Below are positions 39,418 to 53,489 of a DNA stretch of 64,000 nt, piece by piece. The DNA comes from Octopus vulgaris. Lineage: Eukaryota. The DNA is taken from the NCBI GenBank assembly GCA_951406725.2, contig OX597827.1:6696001-6760000 (forward strand), in the 5' to 3' direction. How positions within the stretch are numbered: position 1 is the first letter of the stretch; the number at the start of each line of letters is the position of its first letter. The position numbers and the translations under genes are program-made. The notes under the pieces were generated by a model that worked only from the letters and a program-made list of their open reading frames with translations, made no database searches and was not told the origin of the DNA.

Positions 39418-40286
39418 TGTGGTGATGTCTTATGTGGAGTGCCAAATAGCTTGTGGTGAATGCGGGAGATTAGAAGTAAGACATCTACCTTCTCTTCGTC
39501 GATGCAGACCTCCCGGGTGGTAATGTACCCTTCCACATGGCCCAACCCAAAATGCTAAAAATAGCAGCTGCTCTCCCTTACCTTATTGAAGCGCTTACAC
39601 GTCCAGCACTCTTGGTTACCCCGATCGAAAAAGGCCCAATGGTCCCCTGCCTGCATGCGTGTCACCTACGTGCCCTTCCTCTTCCAGTCAGCTCCCCAGC
39701 TGCTGGTGTCATCCCACAGTATGGAGAAAGAATTATTAGCTTACTGATTAAATTCTTATTTAAAAAGGGCAAGGGAGACAACTACCAAAAAATTTTAATC
39801 AATTAAAATTAGCTAAAAAAAGGAAAGGAAATACAGATAATGCAGGGGAGTGAGGCGAATCATAGCAGGATGGTGAAAACTCCAGATATCTTTTGTCCTT
39901 ATGGTCTTACTCAGTAAACACGCTTACACAAGGTGTTATGAGTGGTTGTGAAAACATTTGACTTTCATAAGAGAAAAGTTTAAGGACAACTCAAGAATAA
40001 CTAATGTTAAACAAATCAAAATTCCGTAAAAAAAGGAAGAAAGCTAAGAAAATAATAAAAGTAAAATTAAATATAAGAAACAGATGTTGATTTTTTTTCT
40101 CCCCTTTCCTTTGTGCTAAAAGGAAAATAAAATCATTTTAATGCAAAAAGCAAATTAACAATCTGTTGCAGTACTGTCTTGGTTTGTCCTTTCTTAACAC
40201 ATATGTTCATATAGAAACAAAAGTTTGTATATGTATATATATGTTTTCAAATATACATGCATGTGTATGTAACTAAATATATTCGC

Positions 40287-40558
<272 letters not shown>

Positions 40559-40917
40559 AGTGTAGTGAATGTGTTGATGTGTATGTGTAGGACAATATTT
40601 ATGGGCTGCAAACTAATTTTACCTTTTTCGTAGCTCTTCAGAGTTATTTTAAGAAGTCCTTTTGTGTCTCCAGTTTTATACTAAAAAAAAAAAGAAAAAT
40701 AGTAAATAGTAAACAAACAGCAACAACAATGGAGGAAAGAATAGATGGGGGAAGGGGTGAGGAAAGAAGTAAAAGAAAGAAAGTAAGATCAAATAAAGGG
40801 AGTGAAAAGAAGAGACAAAAGAGAAGAAGAAATTAGAAAAGTAGAAGTAAAAGCTGGACAGAAATTAAAATGTTTTTAAGAAGTTTAGGAAGTTGCTATG
40901 AAAAATCAATTAAATTC

Positions 40918-41348
40918 GTGGCTGTGTGATAAGAAGCTTGCTTCCCAACCACATGGTTCCAGGTTCAGTCCCACTGCATGGCAACCTTGGGCAAGTGTCT
41001 TCTACTATAGCCTCGGGCTGACCAAAGCCTTGTGAGTGGATTTGGCAGATAGAAACTGAAAGAAGCTCTTCATATGTATACATATACATATATATATTTA
41101 TATATATATAAGTGTGTGTGTGTGTCTTTGTGTCTGTGTGTCTGTGTTTGTCCCACCACCACCACCACCACCACCACCACTTGACAACCAGTGCTAGTGT
41201 ATTTAAAACCCCTGAAACTTAGCAGTTCAGCAAAAGAGATTGATATAATAAGCACTGGGGTAAATTTACTTGTCTAAAACCCTTCAAGGTGGTGCTCCAG
41301 CATGGCTGCAATCAAATGACTGAAACAAGTAAAAGAATGAAAGAATAA
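40918..41348 (+). mobile_element. SINE family A, diverged subfamily
   Basis: Family A head, body and tail. Confidence 0.85.
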
Positions 41349-41507
41349 TCAAATTATATTGTCATTTAAATAAATTGATTTAATATCTGACTGGCTATAC
41401 ATTACATAGATGATAATTAAACATGAAAATGCAAAAAATTTCCTGCAAAAAGAAAAAAGAAAATTATATACTTGATCTGTTTTTAGTATCGTTTTATCCA
41501 AAATAAG

Positions 41508-41755
41508 GGAGGCGCATGGCTTAGTGGTTAGGGTGTCAGCATCATGATCGTAAGATTGTGGTTTTGATTCCTGGAGCAGGTGACACGTTGTGTTCTTGAG
41601 CAAAACACTTCATTTCATGTTGCTCCAGTCCACTCAGCTGGCAAAAATGAGTAATGCTGTGATGGACTGGTGTCCCATCCAGCTGGGGAACATATACGCC
41701 ATTGAAACCAGGAAACCAGGCCCATGAGGCTTGCTAGGTTTTAAAAGGGTGCATT
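41508..41755 (+). mobile_element. tRNA-derived SINE with family D-like head
   Basis: GGAGGCGCATGGCTTAGTGGTTAGG...TTTGATTCC. Apparent TSD TTTTATCCAAAATAAGG on both sides (about 41492 and 41768). Confidence 0.8.
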
Positions 41756-42656
41756 TATTATTTATTTTTTTATCCAAAATAAGGCACAACATCAATGTAG
41801 CACAATGAATTACGAAGAAAATAAAGAAGAGATCTATAAATTCAAATGATATTGATTAACAGAAAACTTAAAAGACTGGATACCATACCACAAGAGAAAA
41901 ACAAGACCATTGTAATGAGTTCCAGACAACAGCAGCTCAAGGGAAAAAAAGCAATTAAAATAAAAAGACTTATGACCAACAAGAAGCTCAATAGAGAAAC
42001 GATGCACCTGGGAAGAGAAGCAGGTAACATGTTTAAAGGTCTTCAAGGAGAACTCTAGAACAGACAGTTTATCTGAGCACTTATGGAAATACACAACAAT
42101 GATACAAATGGATGATGAACCTAAGACTCCAATCTTGTAGAAAGGAGATGACCTAATGTGTTGACTAGTTTCTGAATTCAACCAAGCATGTTAAGACATT
42201 CAGAGGAGTGTATTGATATTTTCTGAAGTATTTTCTTTATGCTCAAAATTATGATTGTGAATTAATTGAAATATTAGCTACAATTAGAGGCTTTAGTCTA
42301 AATTATTTTAAAGTAGCTGCATTTCCATAGTCAGTCCTATGGCTTGATTCATAAAGCAATTGTCCTTAGTATAAAATATATTTAGGCTTAAGTTAAAATT
42401 TAATTTAATTATAAACAAAGTTTACTTTAATTAAAAACATGTCTACAGCTTACTATTTTTTTTATACGTATGATAAAAACCAAAAGTAGAATGCTTGGCA
42501 AAGCTATATCTTCAAATCAGAATGCTTGCTTAAGAAGGATTTAATAAAGTTAAAATAATTAAAATAATCAAGTCATAAGGAATGAAATAAAATATATAAG
42601 TAAAACATAATGCAGTTTCTCCAACACATTAGTTCCTAAAATTTTATCATTTTTAT

Positions 42657-43091
42657 CCTCGTTTAACATCCTCCTTCCATCATCGTTTAACGTCCTCCTT
42701 CCATGCTGGTGTGTGTTGGACGGTTTGACATGTGCCTGCACCATACTTCTGTGTCTGTTTTGACATGGCTTTTTATGGTTGGATGCCCTTCCTAGCTCCA
42801 ACCACCCTGCAGAGTGGACTGCATGTTTTTTTTTTACATGGTACCAGTTTTGGCATGGTTTTTACAGTTGGATGCCCTTCCAAATGCCAGCCACTTTACA
42901 GCTTGGACTGGATGCTTTATAAACGGCACCTACATTGGTAGGGTCACCAAGTAACTTTGCAAGACAAAGAATCTTTGAAAGAGGAGGGGGCATTGGTGGA
43001 GGCGATCTTGTGCCAGAGGATGAAGGCTAGAGTGTGACAGAGAGACAGAAACAAATGTCTTGATGTAGAAGTGGTACATGATTACCCAGCC

Positions 43092-43092
<1 letters not shown>
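42657..43092 (-). mobile_element. Diverged family B-related retroposon end
   Basis: CATCGTTTAACGTCC...TTCCATGCT...TTGGACGG and two GGATGCCCTTCC blocks. Confidence 0.65.
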
Positions 43093-43147
<55 letters not shown>

Positions 43148-44639
43148 TTAATAAGAAAGAGGGCAGTGTAGGTGGGATGCTGTGAAGAAGATACATGGTT
43201 ACCTAGCTTGAGGGAAGACATATTTCATTTTTTTCTTTGTGATGATTATTTAAATTATATTAGATTGATTTGTCATTATACACATGTGTGTGTGTACGCG
43301 TGTGAGTGTATACATGTGTGCATCTATATGTATACATACACTTATAGATATATATATATATATGTATACACAAGAGAACAAAAATTGTATTGAATAGTAT
43401 GTGACAAGAAAAGTAATTATAATCCTAAGTGAATAATATATGAAGATTAATGTTTAGCTAAATAAATAAATAAGACGTAGTAAATAAACAGTAAAATAGA
43501 AAGAAAAATATGGAATTGGATAAATATGTAATATTATATAAATGAGATTAATCTAATATATATGTGTGTGTATATGCTCTCATACATGTGTTCTTGTGTG
43601 TATATACATACATTTCTATATGTGTATGTATATCTATTCATATTCATATGCAACTAATCAACGTTCATACACACATTTCCATGTATAATATACTAAAAAT
43701 ACAACATAATATGACATGGTGTAAAAGAAAAGAATATCAGAAATTATGCATAATAGAGCATATGGCAAATTATGCAAATAGTATGGATACAGCTATGTAC
43801 AAATTAATCACGACTCACATGCATCTTCTAAAGTCAAACATTTGATATAATGAAATATATTATATTATGCATATCAAGTATGATACAATATTTTCATGTA
43901 TATAACAATACTTATAGCAATGTACTTGCACGGATTTTGGCAAGGATTAAATCATAATAATCCATTATAATATGAGGTATGTGGGAAAAAAAGATGTCAT
44001 AGGAGTGATTTAACATTGGAGATAATTGAAAAAGCAAGCACTAAATCAACTATTACACACTCACACATGCACATATATATGTGTGTATGCATATATTTAT
44101 ATATATGCAGATGAGGGCAGCTGCATCGAACTCTCTCATGCACCAAATGGCAGTTGCTAAAAAGCATTCGTGAAGTAAAATCATGTAGCAACACCAAATG
44201 GCGGTGCCCCAGCATGGCCACAGCTTGTGTGCTGAAACTAGATAAAAATAAAAAAATAAAATAAAATATATATATATATATATAAATGAGTGTTGAGTGT
44301 GTAAATATATATGCTTGTATGTTTTACTTGTGTTTGTGTGTGTGCATGTATACACACATATATGTACATATGCATATGTGTGTCTGTTTGTGTTTGTATG
44401 TGTGTACATATATATTTCTCGACTTGAGCATCCCCACTTTGTTTTTTTCTCCTACAAGCTGGTATGCTGGCTCTGAAAGTAATCAGCTGAAATAGTTGAG
44501 AACTTGTCTCAGTTTTTCCCAACTTCTTCTTGTTGATGGTGACAGGAGCTGGGATTTGAATTCAGAACACACAGAATCAAAGCAGTTTCCATCCACAAAG
44601 CAATATATCCAATGGCCTATATACGTGTGTGTGTGAGTG

Positions 44640-45275
44640 TGTATGTGTGTGTGTGTGTGTATTTGTGCATGTTTTGTGTGTGTGTGTGTGTGTATTTGTG
44701 CATGTTTTGTGTGTGTGTGTGTGTGTGTGTGTATTTGTTGTTTGTGTGTGTGTGTGTGTATTTGTGCATGTTTTGTGTGTGTGTGTGTATTTGTGCACGT
44801 TTTGTGTGTGTGTGTATTTGTGCATGTTTTGTGTGTGTGTGTATATGTGCATGTTTTGTGTGTGTGTGTATTTGTGCATGTTTTGTGTGTGTGTGTGTGT
44901 ATTTGTGCACGTTTTGTGTGTGTGTGTGTATTTGTGCACGTTTTGTGTGTGTGTGTGTGTGTATTTGTGCATGTTTTGTGTGTGTGTGTATTTGTGCATG
45001 TTTTGTGTGTGTGTGTGTATTTGTGCATGTTTTGTGTGTGTGTGTGTGTATTTGTGCACGTTTTGTGTGTGTGTATGTATATGTGCATGTTTTGTGTGTG
45101 TGTGTATTTGTGCATGTTTTGTGTGTGTGTATTTGTGCATGTTTTTGTGTGTGTATATGTATTTGTGCATGTTTTGTGTGTGTGTGTGTGTGTGTATTTG
45201 TGCATGTATTGTGTGTGTGTGTGTGTGTGTGTGTGTATTTGTGCATGTTTTATGTGTGTGTGTGTGTGTGTGTTT
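44640..45275. repeat. Minisatellite of TATTTGTGCAYGTTT units separated by variable (TG)n
   Basis: About 20 units seen directly. Confidence 0.9.
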
Positions 45276-46374
45276 TACTTGAAAAAAATGTCATTAATTT
45301 TTATTGGGTGTGGCTGTAGCGTCTTTTCCATTTATCATTTGTTTTGACAAGAAACCTCTACCTGTCCAAGTGACAGTCAACAACATTGGAACATATCCAA
45401 TATTGTCAGTTAATGGCTAAAAGTGTACTGCCAGACTTTCGATGCATCTCTAGGCTGACACTGCATTGCCAAGGTGGGCTCACAATACGCACAATTCCAC
45501 ACACATTTACAAATACGCTAAATTCTAGATAGGAAAAACAAGTACAAAGTAATGCTGAAATCCTTTTGCAAATTATAGAACATGCAGTACAAGAAAATTG
45601 TGAAAGCTATCGTAATTCAAAGGACAAATACTGTCCTTGATAGACAAGCACCTGTTAAAACATGACAATTGATGCTTTATAAACAACAGTAGCCTTTACA
45701 CATGACATTTGACATCTGCTGATCATACAGAATTTGACATTAGAAGAAAAAGGTAGGAATCTAAACTATGTCTTAAGAAAAAGTGTATTGAACTCTCAAA
45801 AGACATTTTGAGGGGAAAATGTTTGTACAGTTTTAGTGGTTATAACAAGAAAAGACAATTTGTAAAGTTGAAAAGCCTAACAGTAAGCGTATGAAAAAAA
45901 ATAGCTACTGCAAAGTTTAAACATGACAAGACGTGGATGTCTTCAGTTGTGATCTAACAACTCAAAAGGTTACAAAACATTGCATGTTTACCTACTTATC
46001 TAAAACTATAGAATTATGGCTGAGCTGGAGACTTACCAATCGTTACTTTGATTTAGATAATTGTCTGCTAGCCTTTCACACAGTCTTGAGTAATATTTGA
46101 TATTTTATTTCATATTATCCGTTAAAATAGTTCATACCATTTTTTTTTATTTCATGTAGTATACTGCATATTTAATATTCTTCAATTCATGATTGAAATA
46201 AACTAATTTAATTGAATTCTAATTAAGCTATGCAGAGAAGTTATGTAGACTAACAGTTAAGGTGTTTGGCTCTTAATCATAAGGCCATGGTTCAATTCCT
46301 AGACTAGGCAGTATGTGCACTTGACTAAGGCAATTCATTTCAAGTTTGAGTATTAATTAGCTGCTAGTGCAGCC

Positions 46375-46462
<88 letters not shown>

Positions 46463-47249
46463 TTTTCTCTTTCTCTAGTTGTTACATCCTGGATGCTTCA
46501 TTGGGTCAAGAGTTAGGTGGGAACCAAATGAGTATCTATGTCTGGTCTGCTTCTGACTATATAGACACCTGAAACAATTAGTAGAAGCATGGAACATGTA
46601 ACCAACCCCTAGGTGAAAATGACAGTGTTATATAATTAACCACAGGAGACAGACAGACGACTTTGAAAAGAAAACTGATTAAATTATTGCATATATAAAT
46701 ATAAAAAAAAGATAGTCAATTACTTTCACCTTACTATATTCATTTTAATTACAATATCCCTCAGTACATCATGAAATATCCTTCAAGTTGGTTATTAAAT
46801 AAATTACTGTTTGTGTAAGTTATTTGCTAGAAGTATAGAGATAAAGGGTGCAGACATAACAAAATCTGAAGGCATAGCTGCAGGTGCAGATTGTGAGATT
46901 AAGTAGTTTGCTGGCAACTACATGGTTTTGGGTTCAATCCCACTGTATGGTACCCAGGGAAAGTAGCATTTTCTGTAGTTCCATGTCAATCAACACCTTG
47001 TGAATGGATTTGGTATATGTGTTTGTGTGTGTATGTGTTTGTAACAGGAAGGGCATCAACTGCAGAAAATCTGCTGCAACAAATTCTACCTGAGTCAGGC
47101 AAGCATGGAAGATTCAACATTAAAATGGTGTTAAGGACATGGTCAAATTTGGTGCTGACTATTCTTAACTTCATTGAAGAATGGTCAAGATGCTTTATAG
47201 TCATTAGAGAGAAAAAAAAGGAGTAATAAAGAGCATTAGGGAGATAATG

Positions 47250-47514
47250 GTGGACTGGCTCCTGTGCAGGTGGCACATAAAAAGTACCATTTGAGCGTGG
47301 CCATTGCCACTACCACCTGACAGGCCCTTGTGCTGGTGGCATGTAAAAGCACCCACTACACTCTCAGAGTGGTTGGTGTTAGGAAGGGCATCCAGCTGTA
47401 GAAATTCTGCCAGATCAGATTGGAGTCTGGTGCAGCCATCTGGTTCGCCAGACCTCAGTCAAATCGTCCAACCCATGCTAGCATGGAAAGCAGACATTAA
47501 ACGATGATGATGAT
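47250..47514 (+). mobile_element. Family B retroposon
   Basis: Two GGTGGCACATAAAAAG-type units, body and (GAT)n tail. Confidence 0.85.
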
Positions 47515-47989
47515 AGTTAGTAGTACAAGGAGATAAATGATTTATCTTTACCAAGGGCCATTATTGAAACTATTCTGAATATCATACTAACAATTCATTT
47601 AAAATAACTGGAAAACATATGTTTTAGTGAAATATAGGAGACAATACCAGTTGATCATTGTTGGATAAAACAGGCTTATGTAAGCAATCTTTCGTGTTCA
47701 TTGTAAAATTTCTGCAGTGTCTTTTTGTCAAATCTAGATTTTTCTAAATGCATGGCATTTGATAATTATGGTCAAGGTTAGGAGTTGACTCAAATGAGGG
47801 CATGCATCATATATCTCACAGATCAAGAAATGTTGGAACAGCTGCAGTTGGGAAATATGTCACTTGATGCAAGTGTGAACTTTAGTCAGTTAACAAAAAT
47901 TGATATCAAGTTTTAAAAGTGGATATTTTTTACATCAGCTAAAACCAAGAGTTGCCAAAACTCACTACCCAGCCAAAATAAAACAAAAT

Positions 47990-50900
47990 TTTCCAAATGC
48001 AAATTCTGTAATTATGTAGTTATGAACACATGTTTGTAAAAAGGATATGCCATGCATTTAGAAAAATGTAAATTGCAGAGGAACAAACAAGGACTTTTTG
48101 CATCAGCTTGTAGCTTTAGAAAGAAAAGTATAGAACATGTTGAACAAATTGAGAATAAAACCTCAGGCATTGAAATAAAAGTATATTATCATACTAGAAG
48201 AGAAAGAAAAAGCTCAGCTTACTTCAGCTTAAATGCTAGCTTACATATTCAAGGGGAAACCAGTTGCAAAATTATCGTAATTACAAAGTGGCACCTATCA
48301 GTTATAACAACAAGCATTCCAGTTGATCTAATTGATCAATAGAATAATCTGCTTGTGAAATTAACGTGCAAGTGGCTGAACACTCGCTAGATATGTGCAC
48401 CCTTAATGTAGTTCTTATGGAGATTTGGTGTGACACAGAATGTGACAAGGCCAGATTCCACTAATTTTTTCTAACTCAGTGAACTGGGGCAACAGGAAAT
48501 AAATTGTTTTGCACTAAGACACAACACACTGCAGGGAATCAAATTCATGACCTTACGATCATGAGCCAAGTACGCTAATCACTAAGCTACAGGCTTTCAC
48601 ATCTTAATTCCAAGACACTTTTAGATACTCGTTGTTGAGGCTGAGATCAACCTCAACTTTGTAAAAGCCATCTGCAGCTTCACTGATCAGTGCTTAAAGC
48701 TGAAAATTTTTTAGACACTCAAAAGCATACACTAACCATGAAATTATAATAATAGTGGTCTTAAACTAAGATGCCTGTCATGGTGCAACTGAACTGATAA
48801 ATATTAATAGTGCAATATTAATTCAAATCTAATATTGAATCTGTCTTTTGCTTGTTAGCTGGTATGAAATTTTTTGAAAAATTCCTTCTCTAAGGCATTT
48901 ATTACAAAATTCAAATGGGTAACTTCAAAGCAATCACTACTGTTAACAATTACGGTGAGATGGAGTCAAAATAATATTTTATAATGTACAAATTCTAGCC
49001 ATTATTTTTCAATGCACAAAAGAAAAGGGCTTAGTGGAGGGTGTAAAAAAATTAGAATAACATATATTTGGGTATAACTACAAGGGAGAAATTGAACATA
49101 AAGACCAAGGTCATATTGGACTGACTGAGAGACACAGACAACTGCATCATTAGCAGCCACAAGAAATGGAGTAATATTGTGTGAGATATTATTTCATTTC
49201 AAAGGAAAGTGGTTCTGCAGACTGACATTTGATATTAGAAAATATCAGATGTATCTCCTTCTTTTAATAAAAAAGAACTGGAATAATTTTTAGAATTTTT
49301 TTTTAGTGTTGGTAATTTTATGGTTGGTATTTGCCAAAATATCTTGAAATAGTCAAACTATTTGTGAAAATGTTTAAGAAAAATATTGGATTAGCTTCCA
49401 CAAATATTCAGTAAAGGGCAGTAGAGAATTTAAAAAGTGTTCTTGTTGAAAAACCTGTTGTAATATTTGATGCCGACAAAGACATCACATTAACATCTTA
49501 TTCTGTATTAGGAATTTTAGCACTGGACTACTATTCAGTGCTATATTTACCAAGGAGGTTGAGAGGGAGCTTTTAAAAAGTAGCCCCTGTTGTTTTTATG
49601 TGTGGAAAACTCCTACATAGAATCAATTATAGACCTTTTGAACTTATCTTAAACCCATGCAAAAAACTTCAAAAGTTTGTCTTTGAGGATACCAAGGTGG
49701 GCAATACAGTTCACAGTGTTTGATTTTGACATTACTTATTTCAAGAATGGTGCTCAGTGAAACTGACTGGGCATGGAATAAAATTCAGCAAACTGGCAGA
49801 ATCATTAGCTCACAGGACACAATGCTTAGTGGCATTTCATGATTTTATGCTTTGAGTTCAAATTCTACCAAGGTTGCCTTTACCTGATATCCTTTTCATG
49901 TTGATAAAATAAGAACCAGTCAAGCATTGGGGTCGATGCAATTGACTAAACCTGCCCCCAAATTTTCAGGCCTTGTGCCTAAAGTAGAACGGAGATTACA
50001 CTTGTCAATGAAAATACCATTCCTCTGATTGATTTGCTCACATTATTACATTTTATATCACTGTTAAAAGACATTAGTAAAAGACATATGATGTACCTTG
50101 ATCAACTTGATTTTCTTCTCCCAAATAGCACGATGTACACTTTGAGGCATGTGGCCTGCAGTGTAGCATGCTGCAGAGCAGTGCAGCATGGTTTAACTAG
50201 CTCTAGAAATGCTGCCTGATCCAATATTGGACAAAATCATTCCCAGAATAAAAAGGAATGCCTGGAGTGGAGTAACTGTTCCAAAGCTGTATAATCTTAT
50301 AAGTATGTTCATCATAGATTAGCCCTGGAAGACAGTATCTTTTACCATAACAATCTTTTGGTTCCATCAAAGGCATCTAGGAAGCTAATTGCTAAAAAAA
50401 GTGTTTGTGATATCCATTGTGGCATTACTGCTACATGATAATGGCACCCAACTGATACTTTTCCAAATAAGTTCGTTTTCAGTAAGGCTAGAGGTTATAT
50501 GCATCCCTGAAAGGAAGAATTCAACTACAAAACAGATGTTATGATGTACCCAAACAATAACCCAAAATTTCTTTACAGCAATTTCTACTCTAGGCTACAA
50601 AAGCTTGGCTGCATTTCTTACAAAATGCCTCCCTATCACTTGTAATGAAATGGAATTAAAGAATTAAAATGGAATTAAAGAATTAAAGAATTAAAAAAGT
50701 TCTCTCCCCATAAAAGAAAGGGTAATTTTTACCTTACTTATAACTCAGTTATTATATGATACAACACAGACAGATTTGAATATCCTTCTGTTTTGAAAGG
50801 ATATCAGATCCATACATCCTTTGATTATGAATTATTAAGTAGAAGTGCTTTAGAAAAGAATAATGGCCCAACTTCAGAAGTGGAAGCTAGACACAACACC

Positions 50901-51230
50901 ACTCATGAGGAATTCTGGAAGGAACTTTCTGAGACCACTGCAGGAATGCTTCTGGAAAAAAAAAATTCAGCAACCGATGGAAAACTGATTATAGCAGTAA
51001 CTCAATCAATTCCTAGCGATAACTGAAGAAGGAATTTTCATATTCCAAAATATTATTATATCAGACTATGAACAATTAAATTATAACAGTTATTATAGTT
51101 CACTCTGCATTATTGTGCCATTCAAGACCCATTATATTTCACAAACAATACTCAAGATAACTACAGTACTCTACTACTGTTGTTGTAAGGAATGGTCGCA
51201 CAGACCAAATCAGGCCTAGACACAAGCCAC
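47990..51230 (+). pseudogene. Heavily decayed Ty3/Gypsy gag-pol remnant, interrupted by SINEs (about 48315-48600 and 49790-49990)
   Basis: Hand translation across frameshifts gives motifs in Gypsy order: KCKFCNY..EH...IC.AF.K (gag knuckle, about 47995); NFYGWYLPKYLEIV and ENLKSVLVEKPVVIFDADKDITLT (RT end/connection, 49310-49495); DPILDKIIPRIKRNAW, HRLALEDSIFYHNNLLVPS and DIHCGITAT (integrase Zn region, 50218-50435); DNGTQ (50438); H.DQIRP (about 51200). Confidence 0.7.
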
Positions 51231-51413
51231 TTGAAACAAATAAGTATAATGGCAGAAGTATTGGTGGTGCCTATTTTTACAGTGGTACCTCACTTAGTAT
51301 GAGATGCATTCATAATAGTGCAAGGAGAGCAACCAACGCAAACCTCTACTGAACGAATCTTTAAGAGGAATTCTTAGTCTGCTCAGGGTACTTAGGTATG
51401 CTTGAGGAAAATG

Positions 51414-51844
51414 TGAAGAAATAGATGTTTTAACAAGGTATCAAACTGTATCTATGAATATTGTATATTGTGAATACTGTGTATTGAAAAATTGAAACTA
51501 TGTCCTTGATACATTAATAATGATGCATGCTTTTTATGTGTTTGCATATGATTTGATAGGTTTAAGATGGTTATTAGGGCCACAGGCAGTCACGACCTGT
51601 CATTTGACTGAGACAACTGAATGTAAAGGAACACACGTGAACATGACAATATTTGGATAAACTCAGTGTCACACCACACGAAAAGTTTCAGGGGAAGAGG
51701 AAGCTGAGTGAAGAAGAGAAGAAAGAAGGTGATTGTGCCGTTGCTGTGGTTACTAAAAGTAACTAAAGGGACACCAACACCCTCTCTCGTTTACTCACTC
51801 AGCCAAAGGGAACGGCAGCTAAACACTGAATGTTGTATTCTTCA
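51414..51844 (+). mobile_element. Putative 3' LTR of the Gypsy remnant
   Basis: Follows the purine run GAGGAAAA. Termini TGAAGAA...TTCTTCA form a TG...CA inverted repeat. No 5' LTR seen. Confidence 0.35.
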
Positions 51845-51886
51845 CTCAACACAGTAATTCAGCCTATTGAACTTTCTTCCAGGAAC

Positions 51887-51946
<60 letters not shown>

Positions 51947-52044
51947 CAAGCAAACAAACAAACACACATGTGACTATGAGCTGTTTTTTTAAAATGAATA
52001 AATCATCAGTAAACTTGATGATATGTATTAATTATACATGCATA

Positions 52045-52461
52045 GGCGCAGGAGTGGCTGTGTGGTAAGTAGCTTGCTAACCAACCACATGGTTCCGGGT
52101 TCAGTCCCACTGCGTGGCACCTTGGGCAAGTGTCTTCTGCTATAGCCCTGGGCCGACCAATGCCTTGTGAGTGGATTTGGTAGACGGAAACTGAAAGAAG
52201 CCTGTCGTATATATGTATATATATATATCAGTGTGTGTGTGTGTATATGTTTGTGTGTCTGTATTTGTCCCCGTAGCATTGCTTGACAACCGATGCTGGT
52301 GTGTTTATGTCCCCGTTACTTAGCGGTTCGGCAAAAGAGACCGATAGAATAAGTACTGGGCTTACAAAAGAATAAGTCCCGGGGTCGAGCTGCACGACTA
52401 AAGGCAGTGCTCCAGCATGGCCGCAGTCAAATGACTGAAACAAGTAAAAGAGTAAAAGAGT
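52045..52461 (+). mobile_element. SINE family A
   Basis: Full-length, close to the consensus of the copies here. Confidence 0.9.
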
Positions 52462-53144
52462 ATGCATGCATTCATGTATCCTTCCCTCCTTCCATCCATC
52501 CATGCATCTATCCATACATACATATAGCCATCTCTCCATCATGAAAATACTTTTGATTATATTTAAGATGCCCCAAAAAATAAATATAAAAGTATAAGAA
52601 AAACAAATGGATAAATAATACATCTGCAGATAGAATATTTCTTCTGACTTTCTGGGATTTTCTTTGGTTATTATCACACTGGCCCCATTGCCATGTTGGA
52701 CAGCTCTTTTGACAGTTTGAAATAAATACAATAAAGCTTGTAGCTCTCTTGTGTCATCTTCAATTTCGTTTCTAATCTCCTTCATGAATTTTAGACCGCT
52801 GAGGGTCCATTGCACTTTTGTTTCTTTGCATACTGAGACTAATTCATATTTTGCATGTAAATTAAAATATTTTACTAATTTAATCTTTCTTAAATTTCCA
52901 TTGTCTTCCAAGGAATTAAAAAAGAAGCCAGATGGATGGTAGAAAAGGTGTCAGGACAAGTTCCACACAAGGGTCCTGCTATTTTTTTATTAGAAAAGAG
53001 AAAGTTAACAAAGCAACATGGTATTTCTTATCAGTCTCTGATACAATAATGGTTCCACAGATGGAAGATATGTTATCAGAGAAGAAGACTGCGTTTGATA
53101 AGACAGTAGACTTGGGAATACAAAAGATGGTTGTCTTTGCTTAA

Positions 53145-53364
53145 CCCTTTCATTACCAACCCAGCTGAAACTGGCTCTGGCTCTGAATACAAATGTTTTG
53201 TTTTCATAAGTTTTCAATTAAAATCTTCCACCAAACCTTAGTCACACTTTATATTCCTAACACCAGCTGAATGATAACTAAGTTATTTAACTAAATTCTT
53301 TGCTATATTTAAAGTAATTGAAAGAAACACTGAGCATCTCAAAATAAATACAGTAATGAAAGGA
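53145..53364. mobile_element. piggyBac-type MITE with TTAA TSD, inserted in the CRE remnant
   Basis: TTAA|CCCTTTCATTAC ... GTAATGAAAGGA|TTAA. Confidence 0.85.
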
Positions 53365-53489
53365 TTAATGGTCAGGTAGTCTATATACTCCATCTGAATC
53401 TGCCCTAGTGTTCACATTTGAAACAAGTTTGAAGACGGTACAAAGGAGGACTGAGATAAAGCCCATGATCCTGAACTGAGTTTTGTTCA

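Noticed and set aside
41846-42058. 70-aa ORF with a possible donor CAG|GTAAC
   Set aside because: Weak acceptor and no recognisable homology. It cannot be supported without RNA-seq.
45500-46000. Possible decayed piggyBac transposase C-terminus (YKKIV, Cys-rich tail)
   Set aside because: The motifs need multiple frameshifts and substitutions, and no TIR was found.
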